A stretch of DNA of 63,706 nt, filler included, from Globobulimina sp. (GCA_003354225.1; 51 parts of 51 records of this genome joined end to end with filler, not necessarily neighbours in it), one strand, 5' to 3'. Counted from the whole stretch's first letter, positions 47,551-60,089 are shown. Made by a program: numbers and translations. Notes: generated by a model not told the origin, from the sequence alone.

Positions 47551-48284
47551 AATCAAACATATTACATCGATACTCTATGGCTTCATCGCTGTCGTGCATA
47601 TAAATCTGCAAACTACATGGTGTGGTTGTTTTATCTGCTTCCAATGGTCCAACGTAATGATGCAATACGCCTTCACATCGATATACATGTTTTGATGTTT
47701 TGGTTTGAATCTGCTTTTCACAGTCGCAAAAGTAAATAATGAATTGAAAGCTCTAATGTTTTCTTGAAAATATTTCGCTGCAACAGTGTTATCAAAAAAC
47801 AATGAATCAAAATAAGGAGGCAATTCCTTTGGTAATGGGATATCAATCTTACCATAGTTGCAACACAACGAACCAAACACATCTTTCTGAGAGTTTTTGT
47901 AGTTGAGTCTTTCATCATGCCAGAACAATGCGCCACAATGTCATAATACGGCACATCACAATGATAATCTTTCCACTCAATATCGGTATTTATTAAATAA
48001 TTGCCGTGGTTGTATCTCTTTGAATAGGCATTGTATTTTTTCGTGGATTTATTCTGATGATATTTCTGTTTAATCTCGTTGTTATTATGGCTATAAAAGT
48101 CAGTATTGAGACGCCATTTCTTTTGTCTTTTGTTGGTATTATTACGCCGCATCAATACATGTGCTTTTCGTTTGCGCCCTCGTTTATTTTTTCTTCGTGA
48201 ACCACCGCGTTTATTCCTTTCTTTGATTGTACATTGTTTATTGATTGGCTTTCTCTGTTGTTTTGCTGTTAATCGAACTGGCAT
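47551..48284 (-). mobile_element. Helitron RepHel N-terminal region, frameshifted
   Basis: CGALFWHDERL...LCCNYGKIDIPLPKELPPYFDSLF...FQENIRAFNSLFTFAT matches the Helitron N-terminal Cys motif. Confidence 0.85.
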
Positions 48285-48801
48285 TGTATTATTCTACGAT
48301 AAACTGGAATGAATTGTTTTCAAAATGAATGAATTGTAAATGTCAGCGTTTATTTTATGCGAAAATGCGTGATTTTGTGATGTCATCAAATTAAAATAAT
48401 GTCAGCTGCTCAAACCTGAACAAAACACATGCAAATACAATAGAGAAATGCCTTTAACTTTTTTTCCTGAAGAACTTTTCGAAAAATGTTTGAATCCCGA
48501 GTTGTTCAAGTAAAAACCATTCTTCTCAGCGTAATGGATTATTACAAAATGCCCTATAACAGAAGCTATTTTCGTCTGAAAAAAAACTGCTTGTCCTATA
48601 TATTATAGTATTTTATTTTTTGTTTTTTTTTTATTTTTATTGCAAAATCGCCTGTTGTTTTTGAGACTGCTTTTAAACTAAGATAGCATATGCATATGTT
48701 TNNNNNNNNNNNNNNNNNNNNNNNNNNNNNNNNNNNNNNNNNNNNTTAATTAATTAANNNNNNNNNNNNNNNNNNNNNNNNNNNNNNNNNNNNNNNNNNN
48801 N

Positions 48802-48988
48802 CAATGAGATTGCCTGGATTGTAGCGGTCACATTGTGTGTGGTCGGCTCCTTTGCGGTCGGTTTTATGTTGGGCCATTTTTCAAAGATAAATAAATTTTG
48901 GAGTGGTGTCAGGCAATTTGGTACCATCGCTGTCTCTGCCGGTTGCGCACTAACCATCGGCTATCTTGTCAGTCTCATTGCGCCTTAA
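48802..48988 (+). CDS. VIT1/CCC1 transporter, C-terminal fragment (not in the ORF track)
   Basis: IAWIVAVTLCVVGSFAVGFMLGHFSKINKFWSGVRQFG...IGYLVSL. Confidence 0.8.
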
Positions 48989-49317
48989 TTAAATTAATTA
49001 TGTAATATATTATTATGTGACAGGCATTTATGATTTAACAGTGTATAATTAATGATTTTTTATGGTCGTTATTCGTAAACAACAAACGCTATCCTTGCAC
49101 ACATCTTTCTTCGTTTCGTTCATCTTATAAATGCACTGAATTTAATTTAGTCAAGAAATTAAAGTACGAAACGGAGTGCAAAGAAAGGAACATATTAAAG
49201 AAATGGATCCGCGCAACAACATAAATGTCATAAGTTAAATCATATGATATTTAATTATTTATACAATCGAATTGTTGATAATTATTTATACAAACATAGA
49301 GTAATATTATTATAGAA

Positions 49318-49952
49318 TTATTGTGGCACCAAAGAAACTAAATAGGTATTCACCACCAAGGCGATACAAACCACCACTCCAATACCAAGCACCTGACGCA
49401 ATGAGGTCTTTAGGGTGTTAATACCCGATATTCTGCCCGTGATAAATCCTAAAACTCCGCCACAAAATATTCCAAAACATAATGCTAAAATCCATGCAAT
49501 ATGAGGTGGTGCGAAGGTATACGGTAATATTGGCACAAAAGAGCCAATGGCAACAAACATGGCACTAAAACCGGCGGCTTTGAGTGGATTCCCAGTGTCA
49601 TTTGGATCGATACCAAGTTCCATTTGTAACTGAAACTCAATTACTTTATTTTTAGGGGCTTCTTTTAAATCATTTTCAACCATTTTTTGTGTCTCTGCGG
49701 TTATCCCATGTTTTGCTAAACATTTCATGAAATGATTGGATTCTTCATCCCAATATTCATCTAAATGAGATTGTTGTGTTTGAACCTCTCCTTTTAATGC
49801 TTCTGATTGATTTTTCACTGCATATTTATAATAATTGTATACAATAAGTAATTAATTAACATATTATATTAGAAATATAATATAATATTTAACTGGAGAT
49901 CCATTCACCAATTCCCATACTAAAAGAACTCGCCACCAATCCGGCAAAGCCG
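49318..49952 (-). CDS. VIT1/CCC1 vacuolar iron/manganese transporter, 5' truncated; intron at 49818-49893
   Basis: GFAGLVASSFSMGIGEWISMKNQ...ELGIDP...NPLKAA...GSFVPILPY. Confidence 0.92.
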
Positions 49953-50052
49953 NNNNNNNNNNNNNNNNNNNNNNNNNNNNNNNNNNNNNNNNNNNNTTAA
50001 TTAATTAANNNNNNNNNNNNNNNNNNNNNNNNNNNNNNNNNNNNNNNNNNNN

Positions 50053-50870
50053 AATATCTATACCATCCTCATCCTCCTCATCCTCATCCTCATCCTCCTC
50101 ATCCTCCTCCTCCTCATCCTCAACACTCTTCACTTTGACGCTTAAATTTTGTTTCCTTTTTTTTGGCTTTTTCTTTTTTTTTCGTTTAAGGCGATGCAAT
50201 GAGTCCAGCTGCAATAGTTTTATTTCGGTGGTAATTTTTTTTTTGCGTTTTTCAGATAATATGGACTGACAACCATAAGTAATTACAAATTGTTGTGGAA
50301 TATTATTAAATGTATATCGATGCTTATTATGAGCGATTAAATAATTTTTATTTATTTCATTAATATATATTTTACATTCTCTTTGGTTACAATTTAAAAC
50401 CATAATTAATTTATCGCCATCACTAAAATCTAAATTCTTATTTCTTAATCTCGTATTTGTATTTTTATTTGTATTTGTATTTGTATTTGGTGTCCAAATT
50501 GCAAAATTATTTGTTTCTATCCCATAATAAGTTTGATAAAATCTGGTGTGTTGTAAAGGCAATGGGCCATAAATACCAACATATTTAATATCATTCAATT
50601 CCTTGCCATCATCATCATCATCACCATCGTCATCATTATCGTATCCACATTGCAACGGATACTCAATTAATCCAATTGTATTGTTATCATTATTATTATT
50701 ATTATTTATTGTAAATTCTAATGTGGCCACATCGATTAGTTTACAATCAAACACTTGTTTTAATAATATACGCTCGTTTTTTTTATTTTTTTTGCAACTT
50801 ATAACATTGTCATTATTTTTTTCAATAAACTTGAATTTCTTCCCGCGATGCTCACGATGAAACGTTATAT
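50053..50870 (-). CDS. Eukaryotic SPRY-like protein with basic and acidic tracts, internal fragment
   Basis: FSDGDKLIMVLNCNQRECKIYIN; poly-K then poly-D/E. Confidence 0.6.
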
Positions 50871-50919
50871 TTTGCCAAGGATCAGACCTGTCAAATTTTT
50901 CCGCAGAGTTAGGTGCACC

Positions 50920-50954
50920 TTGACTTTCGTCGCTCCTCTGACTAAACTGCCGCC
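50920..50954 (+). promoter_or_regulatory. Bacterial sigma70 promoter with a GC-rich discriminator, upstream of tRNA-Leu
   Basis: TTGACT (50920-50925), 17-nt spacer, TAAACT (50943-50948), then GCCGCC. Confidence 0.8.
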
Positions 50955-51000
50955 TTGATGTTGCCCCAATCCTTTACCGGATCGGGGTTTTCACTCCAGT

Positions 51001-51087
51001 GCCGGAGTGATGGAATTGGTAGACGTGACGGACTCAAAATCCGTTGTTCCTTGGAACGTGTGGGTTCGAGTCCCACCTCCGGCACCA
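51001..51087 (+). tRNA. Bacterial tRNA-Leu(CAA)
   Basis: GCCGGAG/CTCCGGC acceptor, ACGGA-CTCAAAA-TCCGT anticodon arm, long variable arm, GGTTCGAGTCC, encoded CCA. Confidence 0.97.
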
Positions 51088-51693
51088 TCTTTCCCCTGCC
51101 GTCATCGGCGACGTCCCCCGCCCCCGCCACGTCTTTGCTGCCCTTGTTGGGGCTGACGCTGTTGTTGCTGACCGCGTTGCAGGTCTCTCTGGTTCCCTCT
51201 ATCNNNNNNNNNNNNNNNNNNNNNNNNNNNNNNNNNNNNNNNNNNNNTTAATTAATTAANNNNNNNNNNNNNNNNNNNNNNNNNNNNNNNNNNNNNNNNN
51301 NNNAATAAAGTGATTGAAACAATTGTCACAGCTTCTTGTATTGGATATAAAAACATAATTTGTTATATTGCATTCAAACGTATTCAACACGTAACAAACA
51401 GTATTCAAACGTGTGATCAACTTTTCAAAAAGTGAAAATTTGATCATGTCTAACTTTGTCAATTCGAAGAATTGAAGTCTCTCCTTTTAGAACATATCTG
51501 ATGAATACAATTCATACACAATACAACAACGCACAAGTCAAGCAAAATGACGAAAGAGTTAGTGTGGTGATGCCTAGTGATACAGCACACATTTTCAAAA
51601 ACTTTACACCTTTTCACTTTGCCAAACCCTTCCATCTAAACCAACCATCACCTGAACTAAGTACAAAATTAAAATACAAACTGAACCAGCAAT

Positions 51694-52388
51694 ATGATCA
51701 AATTATTACTAGTATTATTAATTTGCATTAATTTAACGCACATATCAGCCGCACCCAGGAAGACAAACGACGGATCAGTCGATTCAAACAGTGACAGTAA
51801 CAACGACGGCGACAGTGATTCATCGCGCGTTGGTGGCGGAGATGTATCGTTTTCCAAATCGGTAAGTGATTCAGGCAGTGATTCCAGCGGTGGCGGAAAT
51901 TCTGATTCATCCGATGATGCCAATAATATCTCAGGCGGTGGCGATTCTGGTTCAGACAGTAACAACGACGGCGATTCCGACTCTTCCAAAGGAAAAGAAG
52001 ACCAAAGTGGCGACTCGCACAGTGACAGTGACAACGACGGAGACAGCGATTCTTCAGAAAATGCCAAATCTGTCGACAGCGGTGATTCCCACAGTGATTC
52101 CAATGGTGATGGTGACAGCGACTCGTCCGAGCCAGGTGGAGGTGATGCTAATTCTGATTCCAATTCTGTGTCCGACTCAGGCAGCGATTCCAACGCCGAT
52201 GGCAACAGTGACTCCTCCGATGATTCCGGCAGTGATTCCAATGGCGATGGCGCCTCAGATTCGAGCAATGACCCATTAGACGAATCTAGTTCTAATGTGA
52301 TGCATGGTGCCCGACAAGGCGATAGCCGCAGAAACAGCGATTCCGGCTCAGACAGCGACGGTGATGGCAACAGCGACTCTTCAAAAGG
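51694..52388 (+). CDS. Secreted Ser/Asp/Gly-rich acidic repeat protein, first exon
   Basis: Signal peptide MIKLLLVLLICINLTHISA; repeated SDSNNDGDSDSS; probable splice donor AAAG|GTAC near 52388. Confidence 0.85.
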
Positions 52389-52603
52389 TACCACACGTAC
52401 ATATATACACGTACATATATACACTAATATTATTTTAATGTACGCATTTTTTGTNNNNNNNNNNNNNNNNNNNNNNNNNNNNNNNNNNNNNNNNNNNNTT
52501 AATTAATTAANNNNNNNNNNNNNNNNNNNNNNNNNNNNNNNNNNNNNNNNNNNNGGCAGCTGTCCACGGCGCTATGACCACGCTTGATTTGTCCACGGCG
52601 CTA

Positions 52604-53522
52604 CGTACCGCAATAAATAAGCATTGGTACGTTTGGAGCCGCCGTACCGTAATAAATGCCATCGGTACGTATTTGAGGCGCCGTACCATCATAAATATAT
52701 TATTTATTAGGATAGTAATTTTAAAATTGTTTGGAATTAATGAGAATTGTGTGGGGAATTAGGTGACTGTCTAAGTAATGGACGGGTATTTAATCGACGT
52801 TGCTTGCATTTGCAAGAACGGATTGACTTAGTAATGACTTCAATTTGTTTGCAATTTGAATATTAGCACAGTTAATTATAATGTTTGTGTATAATATCAA
52901 AGAAACATCGATAATATCAACATTGTATGCATTTATATTAAAACCATTTATTTTTTGTCGCTTTACCTAAGTTAGTCGTCTTTGGGTCACTTAGCGAGAT
53001 GGATTGAAATGAGTGTTGTGATATAGATTTGGTGATTAATGGGATGAAATGCTGAGAATTTGGATAAATTTGTGATGTTGGACGTGATTATCGCCCTTAA
53101 ATAGCAATGAATGAATATGATTAATAGTATACAAATCCGCGTTTTTGGTGAATAAAATGTAGAATATAGGCAGTTTAGTATCCTTTCCCGCAGATATCAT
53201 GGAGGCCTGACCGGGTACTCAGATAACGGGACATTATTATACACCGTAGTGAAACGCATGAGATATTTCATGGAAACGTAGGCCGTCGTTACTATATCGA
53301 TGGAAAATGGATTAAAAACAATAAAAATATGATTTGAGATGAGATTGAGCATATTTGCAGAGTAATAAATATAATTTGATATGGAGATATTGAATATGGC
53401 GATATTAACCATAGGTAATGCCATTGGTACGTATTGGCGGCGCCGTACCATCATAAATGCCATTGGTACGCATTGGGGGCGCCGTACCATCATAAATGTC
53501 ATTGGTACGCATTGGCGGCGGC
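52604..53522. repeat. Two clusters (52604-52697, 53417-53522) of a roughly 39-bp hairpin-forming tandem repeat
   Basis: Unit ATAAATGCCATTGGTACGTATTGGCGGCGCCGTACCATC contains GGTACG/CGTACC inverted arms. Confidence 0.85.
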
Positions 53523-53682
53523 TTTGTTGACAACTTTTTTTTTTGGTATAATAAAATGACATCTGCACCGTTGTTTGGTAGTATGTGGATAATGACTGCG
53601 AGATCGAGTCACGGATAGCTTGCGGTTTGCGGATGGTTCGAGAGATTTTGGTGGTGATAAATATGTCTTCTCGTCGGTAATG

Positions 53683-53705
53683 TCATCGCCGTAGGATTTG
53701 AACCT
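53683..53705 (-). tRNA. 3' end (T arm and acceptor strand) of a tRNA or tRNA-derived element cut by the contig edge
   Basis: Minus strand AGGTTCAAATCCTACGGCGATGA. Confidence 0.45.
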
Positions 53706-53805
53706 NNNNNNNNNNNNNNNNNNNNNNNNNNNNNNNNNNNNNNNNNNNNTTAATTAATTAANNNNNNNNNNNNNNNNNNNNNNNNNNNNNNNNNNNNNNN
53801 NNNNN

Positions 53806-54956
53806 CTTATGGGACCACGTGATAATTGGGATAATGTCACTGAATCAATATATCAATTGAGTTATGACACCAAAAATTTGCGCCTATTGATAGACTCTAT
53901 TGAAGAAGCACTAAAAATCGATAAAAATAATTATATTGCATGGGATTTAAATGGATTAATAAATGCAAGAAGAGGCTTTTTAGCCGATGCTAGGGTCGCA
54001 TTCCAACGCTCTTTAGTCAAAAATCCAAATTATTTAAATGCGCGTTTTAATCATGCACGGTTATTACATTATGAATTGCGCGAATACCAAAGAGCAAAAG
54101 CTGAGTATGAGTGCATTATTCGCGCTAAGCCAAACTTTTCGAGAGCTTATAATTCCTATGCTAAATTAATGGAGAAATTGGGCGATTTTGAGGTATGAAC
54201 TACGAAAACCTCTCCAATGCTCCATACGTACATATACGCATATTCGCAACATATATAAATACAATAAAGATGGCAGAGAAATATTTTCGATCAGCCATCC
54301 AATTACGGCCAAAATCCATATCTTATAGGCATTGTTTAGCAAATATACTATCGTCACAACGTAGACATTTCGAAGTGCAACAAATATATCAAGAATCTGT
54401 GGAACAACATCCAAAGTCAGCAACGTTGCGTTTCCATCACGCATTAGCTTTAGTAAAATGTAAATATTTTAATGAATCTGAAATGGAGTTTAAAAATGCA
54501 ATAAAATTGAATAGTAATAATGCGCAGATATACCACGAGTTTGCAAAGTTTTGTGAGCGTCATCGTGAGCCCCGTGATTACAAAAAAGCGACAGATTTAT
54601 ATTTCAAAGCGTGCCAAACCGATCCAATCAATTTTTTGTCCGCCGCTGTCGATGCAGCGAATTTGATGCGAAGATTAGATACAAAACAATCTTTAAATTC
54701 ATCCTACAAATTATTCGAGAAATTGGTGATTGAGGCACCTCATTTAAATGGTGCTTTTTTAGGTTTTGCAAAATTGTTAGTGCGACAAAAGAAATATATT
54801 GAAGCACATAAGATGTTGACCAATGGATTGCAGCACCACCCAAATGATCAGGCATTGAATGAATATTTAAACAATTTGAATAATAAAAGTATTCAACACA
54901 ACAGACCATCGATAATATATAACAACAGCACTACAGCTAATCACAGTGATAATGGT
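53806..54956 (+). CDS. TPR-repeat protein, partial; intron at 54193-54269
   Basis: Serial TPR helices ending in NP, KP, HP or DP; the intron joins the two ORFs in frame. Confidence 0.92.
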
Positions 54957-55056
54957 NNNNNNNNNNNNNNNNNNNNNNNNNNNNNNNNNNNNNNNNNNNN
55001 TTAATTAATTAANNNNNNNNNNNNNNNNNNNNNNNNNNNNNNNNNNNNNNNNNNNN

Positions 55057-56034
55057 TACTGCGTTGTTTGCGAATGCGGCTGGCTTTGTCGTTGGGTTTG
55101 ATGATTTTTATCTGCGTATATTTGATGTTTTTGGAGTGTAGCTCGATGGGCGTGGAGGCCGACTGTGTGTTGAGGAGCATGGGGCCGATTTGGGGCAGGA
55201 TGCTCAGGATGTCGGTGACCGGAGTGTCGAGGCGCATTTGTGCGGACAGAGTGGAGGCGGAATGGATGTGTTCGGAGCTGTGGAGATTGGGCAATAATAA
55301 GACTAATTTATTGCGAAAATAGGCGGGTAGGCCCGGGTCGTTGATCACGTCTTCCAGCGAGTTTTTCATCTGTTTTTCAGAATTTTAGATATTTTATATA
55401 TGCAAAAACGGTTTTAATATGTAGGAATATGCAGAAATGTACCTTCTTATTTCGGACAGTGCCTTTTCTGTACGTGTCTTCCAAATTTGTTATTTGAGAT
55501 TTGAGCGAATGTACGCTGTTCGCGTCTGTGTCGTCGTCTTTTTCTGTGTTTTTTAACGCATTCAGTTGTTGTTGGAAGGAGGCATTTTGTGATTTTAATT
55601 TCTTGTTTTCTGCGTCTAAGATGGTGTATTGCTGCTTAGTGTGTTGCAGTGTTTTGTGTAACAATGCATTTTTGGAGTGGAGCGTCTCCGATTTGCTCAT
55701 TGCGTGGGAATTCTCAATGCGTAATCTATTAATCACTGTACATTTGGACGGGATGAACGGTGTTATTTAATATATCGATAAGTACATATATTATAACTTA
55801 ACTTATTTCTAAGCGTTGGATTCTGGGTTCCATCTTTGTTTCAATTTGCTTGTCTCGCGCTTGATTATTGTGTAAGGAAAAGAAGCCGCGTTCCATCTTT
55901 CCCTGTTTAGGTGTCGCCTGTTGATATCGTTTAGAATGTATTAGCGTTCCAATGGATGGATTTCGTTGTCGCGGCGATCCATATCCATTGACGGTTGGCT
56001 TGTTAAGTTGCTCCTTTCTAACATTAGGATTCAT
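55057..56034 (-). CDS. Three-exon coiled-coil hypothetical protein, 3' truncated
   Basis: ORFs 55798-56034, 55377-55736 and 55057-55369 separated by short AT-rich GT-AG-like gaps. Confidence 0.65.
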
Positions 56035-56306
56035 TGTCGGTATACATTAAATTAAAAAGATAACACTTGAAAGTTTTCCTTTTACTTGACATCATTGCCT
56101 TTTGTTGAGTGTTGTAAAACCATTTGCAATCAAATCCGGTTTATAACTTAACACAAAAATGCCAAAACCAAAAGCGGCGGATCTTTATTATCCATTTCGT
56201 CAAAATNNNNNNNNNNNNNNNNNNNNNNNNNNNNNNNNNNNNNNNNNNNNTTAATTAATTAANNNNNNNNNNNNNNNNNNNNNNNNNNNNNNNNNNNNNN
56301 NNNNNN

Positions 56307-56813
56307 CAATGCTTGAGAAATAACAGCCAAAATATTACAAAATGTTAAATAAAATAGGCGAAATCGATCAGATTGAAACCACGTTTTAACTTTAAAAATA
56401 CCACAACAACGATTGATAAATATCAATGGAATCAAATATAAAATCATAAAAAAATCAGCCAAATTTATCACAAAATTACTGTACCAACACTCCCGATACA
56501 AACCATCTGATTGTTGATAATCTGAGCAATCCTTATTTATATTTGACATGAAAAACACCAAATCGCCAATACCGATCATAAATATTGATACAAAATAACC
56601 TTTGTCGTATTTGATGTCATTGGCATTATAAGATGCTACAAATAATACAAAATGAATTATACAGCCAATTATTAATACTGCCAAACAAGCGAAGAATATA
56701 TCACCTTCATTGCTAATTGCAAATGGAAACATTAATCCCAATGCAATTATTAACGTTATGCTTACAAATACATCCCGGTCCTTTCCAAACATACACTCAG
56801 TCAACAAAGACAT
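56307..56813 (-). CDS. Multi-pass membrane protein, N-terminal part
   Basis: Five hydrophobic segments. Confidence 0.65.
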
Positions 56814-56918
56814 GATTAAAACCAGTATTAAGATAAAAAACTTCTTTACTAAATTTCCCAGTGCTCATTTTTTGCATGGTTTCCCCTATACTTTTGTAGA
56901 AACCAAACCTAGCAAATA

Positions 56919-57440
56919 ATGTCTCAATCATGTTCAATCTCAATGAACCTGATAAACGCGCCATGGTTGGACAAACCAACCAAAATAGCCGAATCCGAGT
57001 TAGATTTGCTTGAAGAAAATTATCAAGACATGTTGACCACAATTCGTAACGATACATTTGGTGGGATGATGCCACCAAAATACAACATAAATGATATGGC
57101 AGTGGACAACAATTTATCCTTTGAGTTAGCTCCCCGAATGCAACCAAAACGCAATAAAAACGTCAGTCACATAAACATATTCAACGATGCTTCAGACGAT
57201 GACAACAACAACAACTTATTATTGCGACATGAACTATTTGAGAGTGCAGAGATCAATCAAAGTGTAGAACGCGTTCGAATGCAATTGAATATGTCCGCAG
57301 CCTCGCCGTCATTGTCCCCAATCCATGCAAGTACAAATACGAGCACTATCAACATAAATTTAAATGAAATCAAAATCGACCATGAAGATGACAACAAAAA
57401 CAATATCAACGCATCGGTCAACACCTCACACAACTCATAA
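56919..57440 (+). CDS. Hypothetical low-complexity protein
   Basis: 173-aa ORF from ATG to TAA. Confidence 0.55.
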   Translation: MSQSCSISMNLINAPWLDKPTKIAESELDLLEENYQDMLTTIRNDTFGGMMPPKYNINDMAVDNNLSFELAPRMQPKRNKNVSHINIFNDASDDDNNNNLLLRHELFESAEINQSVERVRMQLNMSAASPSLSPIHASTNTSTININLNEIKIDHEDDNKNNINASVNTSHNS

Positions 57441-57556
57441 TTGCCCTTCATATCGCNNNNNNNNNNNNNNNNNNNNNNNNNNNNNNNNNNNNNNNNNNNN
57501 TTAATTAATTAANNNNNNNNNNNNNNNNNNNNNNNNNNNNNNNNNNNNNNNNNNNN

Positions 57557-58446
57557 TTATTGGACCTAATATATATTCAGCCGGGAAGGTATTAAGTATG
57601 ACCGGCGGACATGGCGATTTTCATGAGTTTCCATTGCATTTTATGTGTGAGTTAACTAAAGGGGATCATGTTGGAGCTTTGGTGGATGGGGAAGTAGAAT
57701 GTTTGAAGCAAACACGTATAAATATTAGGAATGGAGCGGATTTAATAAAAATATGTGCCACTGGAGGTGTAATGTCATTGAATGACTCGTTAGATTCACG
57801 GCAGTTTAGTGACTCAGAAATACAGACTATTGTTGATGAAGCAAATAGAAATAATATGATTGTTGCTGCTCACTGTCATGGTGCCAATGGAATAGATGCT
57901 GCATTAAATAATGGAGTTAAAACCATTGAACATGGAACGTTTTTAAATGAGAAATTGGCGCAGAAAATGAAAGATAAGGATGCTATCTTGGTACCAACGC
58001 GATGGATTGTTGAACATGTTCGGAAAGAAATGGATGCTCTAAATTTACCAGAATCAGTTCAGAGGAAAGCACATATTGCAATTGAGCATCATGCAAATGC
58101 TATGAAACTTGCAATAGAGTACGGAATTAAAATAGCAATGGGGACTGATATGTTCTTTACTGACTGCTGGGGACAAAATGCAAAGGAATTGGAATATTAT
58201 GTTCAATCTGGAATGAGTGAATTGGACGCAATTCAAAGTGGTACAGCCAATGGACCATTGACTTTAGGGGAAAATAGGAATATTAAATCTGGACAAATAA
58301 AGGAAGGGTTTCATGCTGATATTATTGCACTGAATGAAAATCCATTGGATGATATTTGTGTGCTTCAAGATGAGAAAAATATTGTATTGGTGTGGAAAAA
58401 TGGCTCATTGCTAAAAAATATTTGTGATTCAAATACAAAATTATAG
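57557..58446 (+). CDS. Metal-dependent amidohydrolase (Xaa-Pro dipeptidase-like), 5' truncated
   Basis: TGGHGD, GADLIKICATGGV, VAAHCHG, TIEHG, IAMGTD, GFHADIIAL..NPL. Confidence 0.95.
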
Positions 58447-59211
58447 ATTTTAATTTTATATTTTGCAAAATAACGTACTTAATTTTACGTTTCTATGTTT
58501 GAATAAACTCAATAAACCCACATTAAGCATATAATAATTCAAACAAAGCATATTAAAAAATACACACATGATGAAAAAAAAATGAATGAAACAAACCAAT
58601 ATAAAAATAATTAACCAGAAAAAAAATGATAAAAAAAAATAATAAAACAAACAAACGGGAAAAAAAATGATAACACGTTATATAATTAACAGCACAAAAC
58701 AACACANNNNNNNNNNNNNNNNNNNNNNNNNNNNNNNNNNNNNNNNNNNNTTAATTAATTAANNNNNNNNNNNNNNNNNNNNNNNNNNNNNNNNNNNNNN
58801 NNNNNNCTGACGTGATTTGGTACCGTTCAGATCATATTTGATGCATTTAATTAAGGTAATTATAACCTGACTGATCAGCTTATTTCCCTGACCAGTCAGC
58901 TATCATTCTTGACCGTACGTATCTGGAAAGAAAATTAAATCAAATAACTATGTTGATCCAATGATACTAATACCATTAAAATTTATATGTTGGGATTCAC
59001 CTGTTATGAAATTGAATGAGTCGGTAATTGTTGATGGAGCTATAGATTGGAGAAATTAAACATATATTTGGATTTCTCAAAAACCTTTTGGGTTTGCTCA
59101 CATCTCGTGATCCTGATCAACATCTCAAGCCTTAGTAATGTCGGGTTTTAAAAGGCAACTTTCAATGTACTTAAATACTGACACACAATCAATTTGAATC
59201 ATTTTGTATAT

Positions 59212-59956
59212 TTATTCATTCTCACTTTCCAATTCCTTTTGCTCTTCTTGCTCTTCAACAATTTTACGTTTTTTCTTTTTCTCTGAACCGAAAAACTTCA
59301 CAATTGACGCTTGGTGTTTTTTCTTTTTCCCTTTTTTTTTCTTTTTCCCTTTTTTTTTCTTTTTTTCCCCATCTTTTTGATTTTTCCCGCCATCTCTTTT
59401 CTTTTTTAATATTGCAATTTGTTTTTTCCTTTCAGCGCCAGTTTCTTTTTTCAACAATGCCATTTTTTTAGCAATCTCTGGTTTATGTTTTTCATACCAA
59501 TCCTTAACCGGTCTGAAGGACTTCCGATGAATCTCACACGGCCCATTCACAGTAACTAACTGTTTATGAGCGGGCGTTGGATATCCTTTGTTTTGTTTTA
59601 ATTTATAAATCGGGTATTTTTTATCATATTCAATCATAATTCTATCCCTTGTTACTTTTGCAATGATGCTCGCAGCGCCAATACAATAGATATTGCCATC
59701 GCCTCTGGTGATATATTCATACAACAACGATGCCGGATATTCAAACAATGGATCTCTGTTTCCATCACACAAAGCATAGTCAACACCGGTCTTAGCTTCG
59801 CCTATTAACTGATCGTGCAATTTGGACACACATTGTCTGAATCCCATCATGGAGCTCTCTAAAATGTTATATGCGTCAATGACATTATGGTCCAAGATAG
59901 CGATGCTGTATTTTATCTCTTTTGTGGTGGTTATAATATGAAATAATTTCTCTCTT
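59212..59956 (-). CDS. rnhB: Ribonuclease HII (bacterial RnhB-like) with a Lys-rich C-terminal tail, 5' truncated
   Basis: IDAYNILES, CDGN, IGAASIIAKVTRDRIM, NKGYPTPAH, GPCEIHRKSF. Confidence 0.9.
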
Positions 59957-60089
59957 NNNNNNNNNNNNNNNNNNNNNNNNNNNNNNNNNNNNNNNNNNNN
60001 TTAATTAATTAANNNNNNNNNNNNNNNNNNNNNNNNNNNNNNNNNNNNNNNNNNNNATGTACAAATACATATATTCAAAAATAAAAACA

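Noticed and set aside
50942..51259. ORFs overlapping the tRNA-Leu
   Set aside because: Shadow translations of the tRNA gene
51669..52424. 251-aa Ser/Leu/Glu/Pro ORF on the minus strand
   Set aside because: Antisense shadow of the SD-rich gene
52604..53522. Possible CRISPR array from palindromic 39-bp units
   Set aside because: Head-to-tail repeats without spacers, only 2-3 copies per cluster
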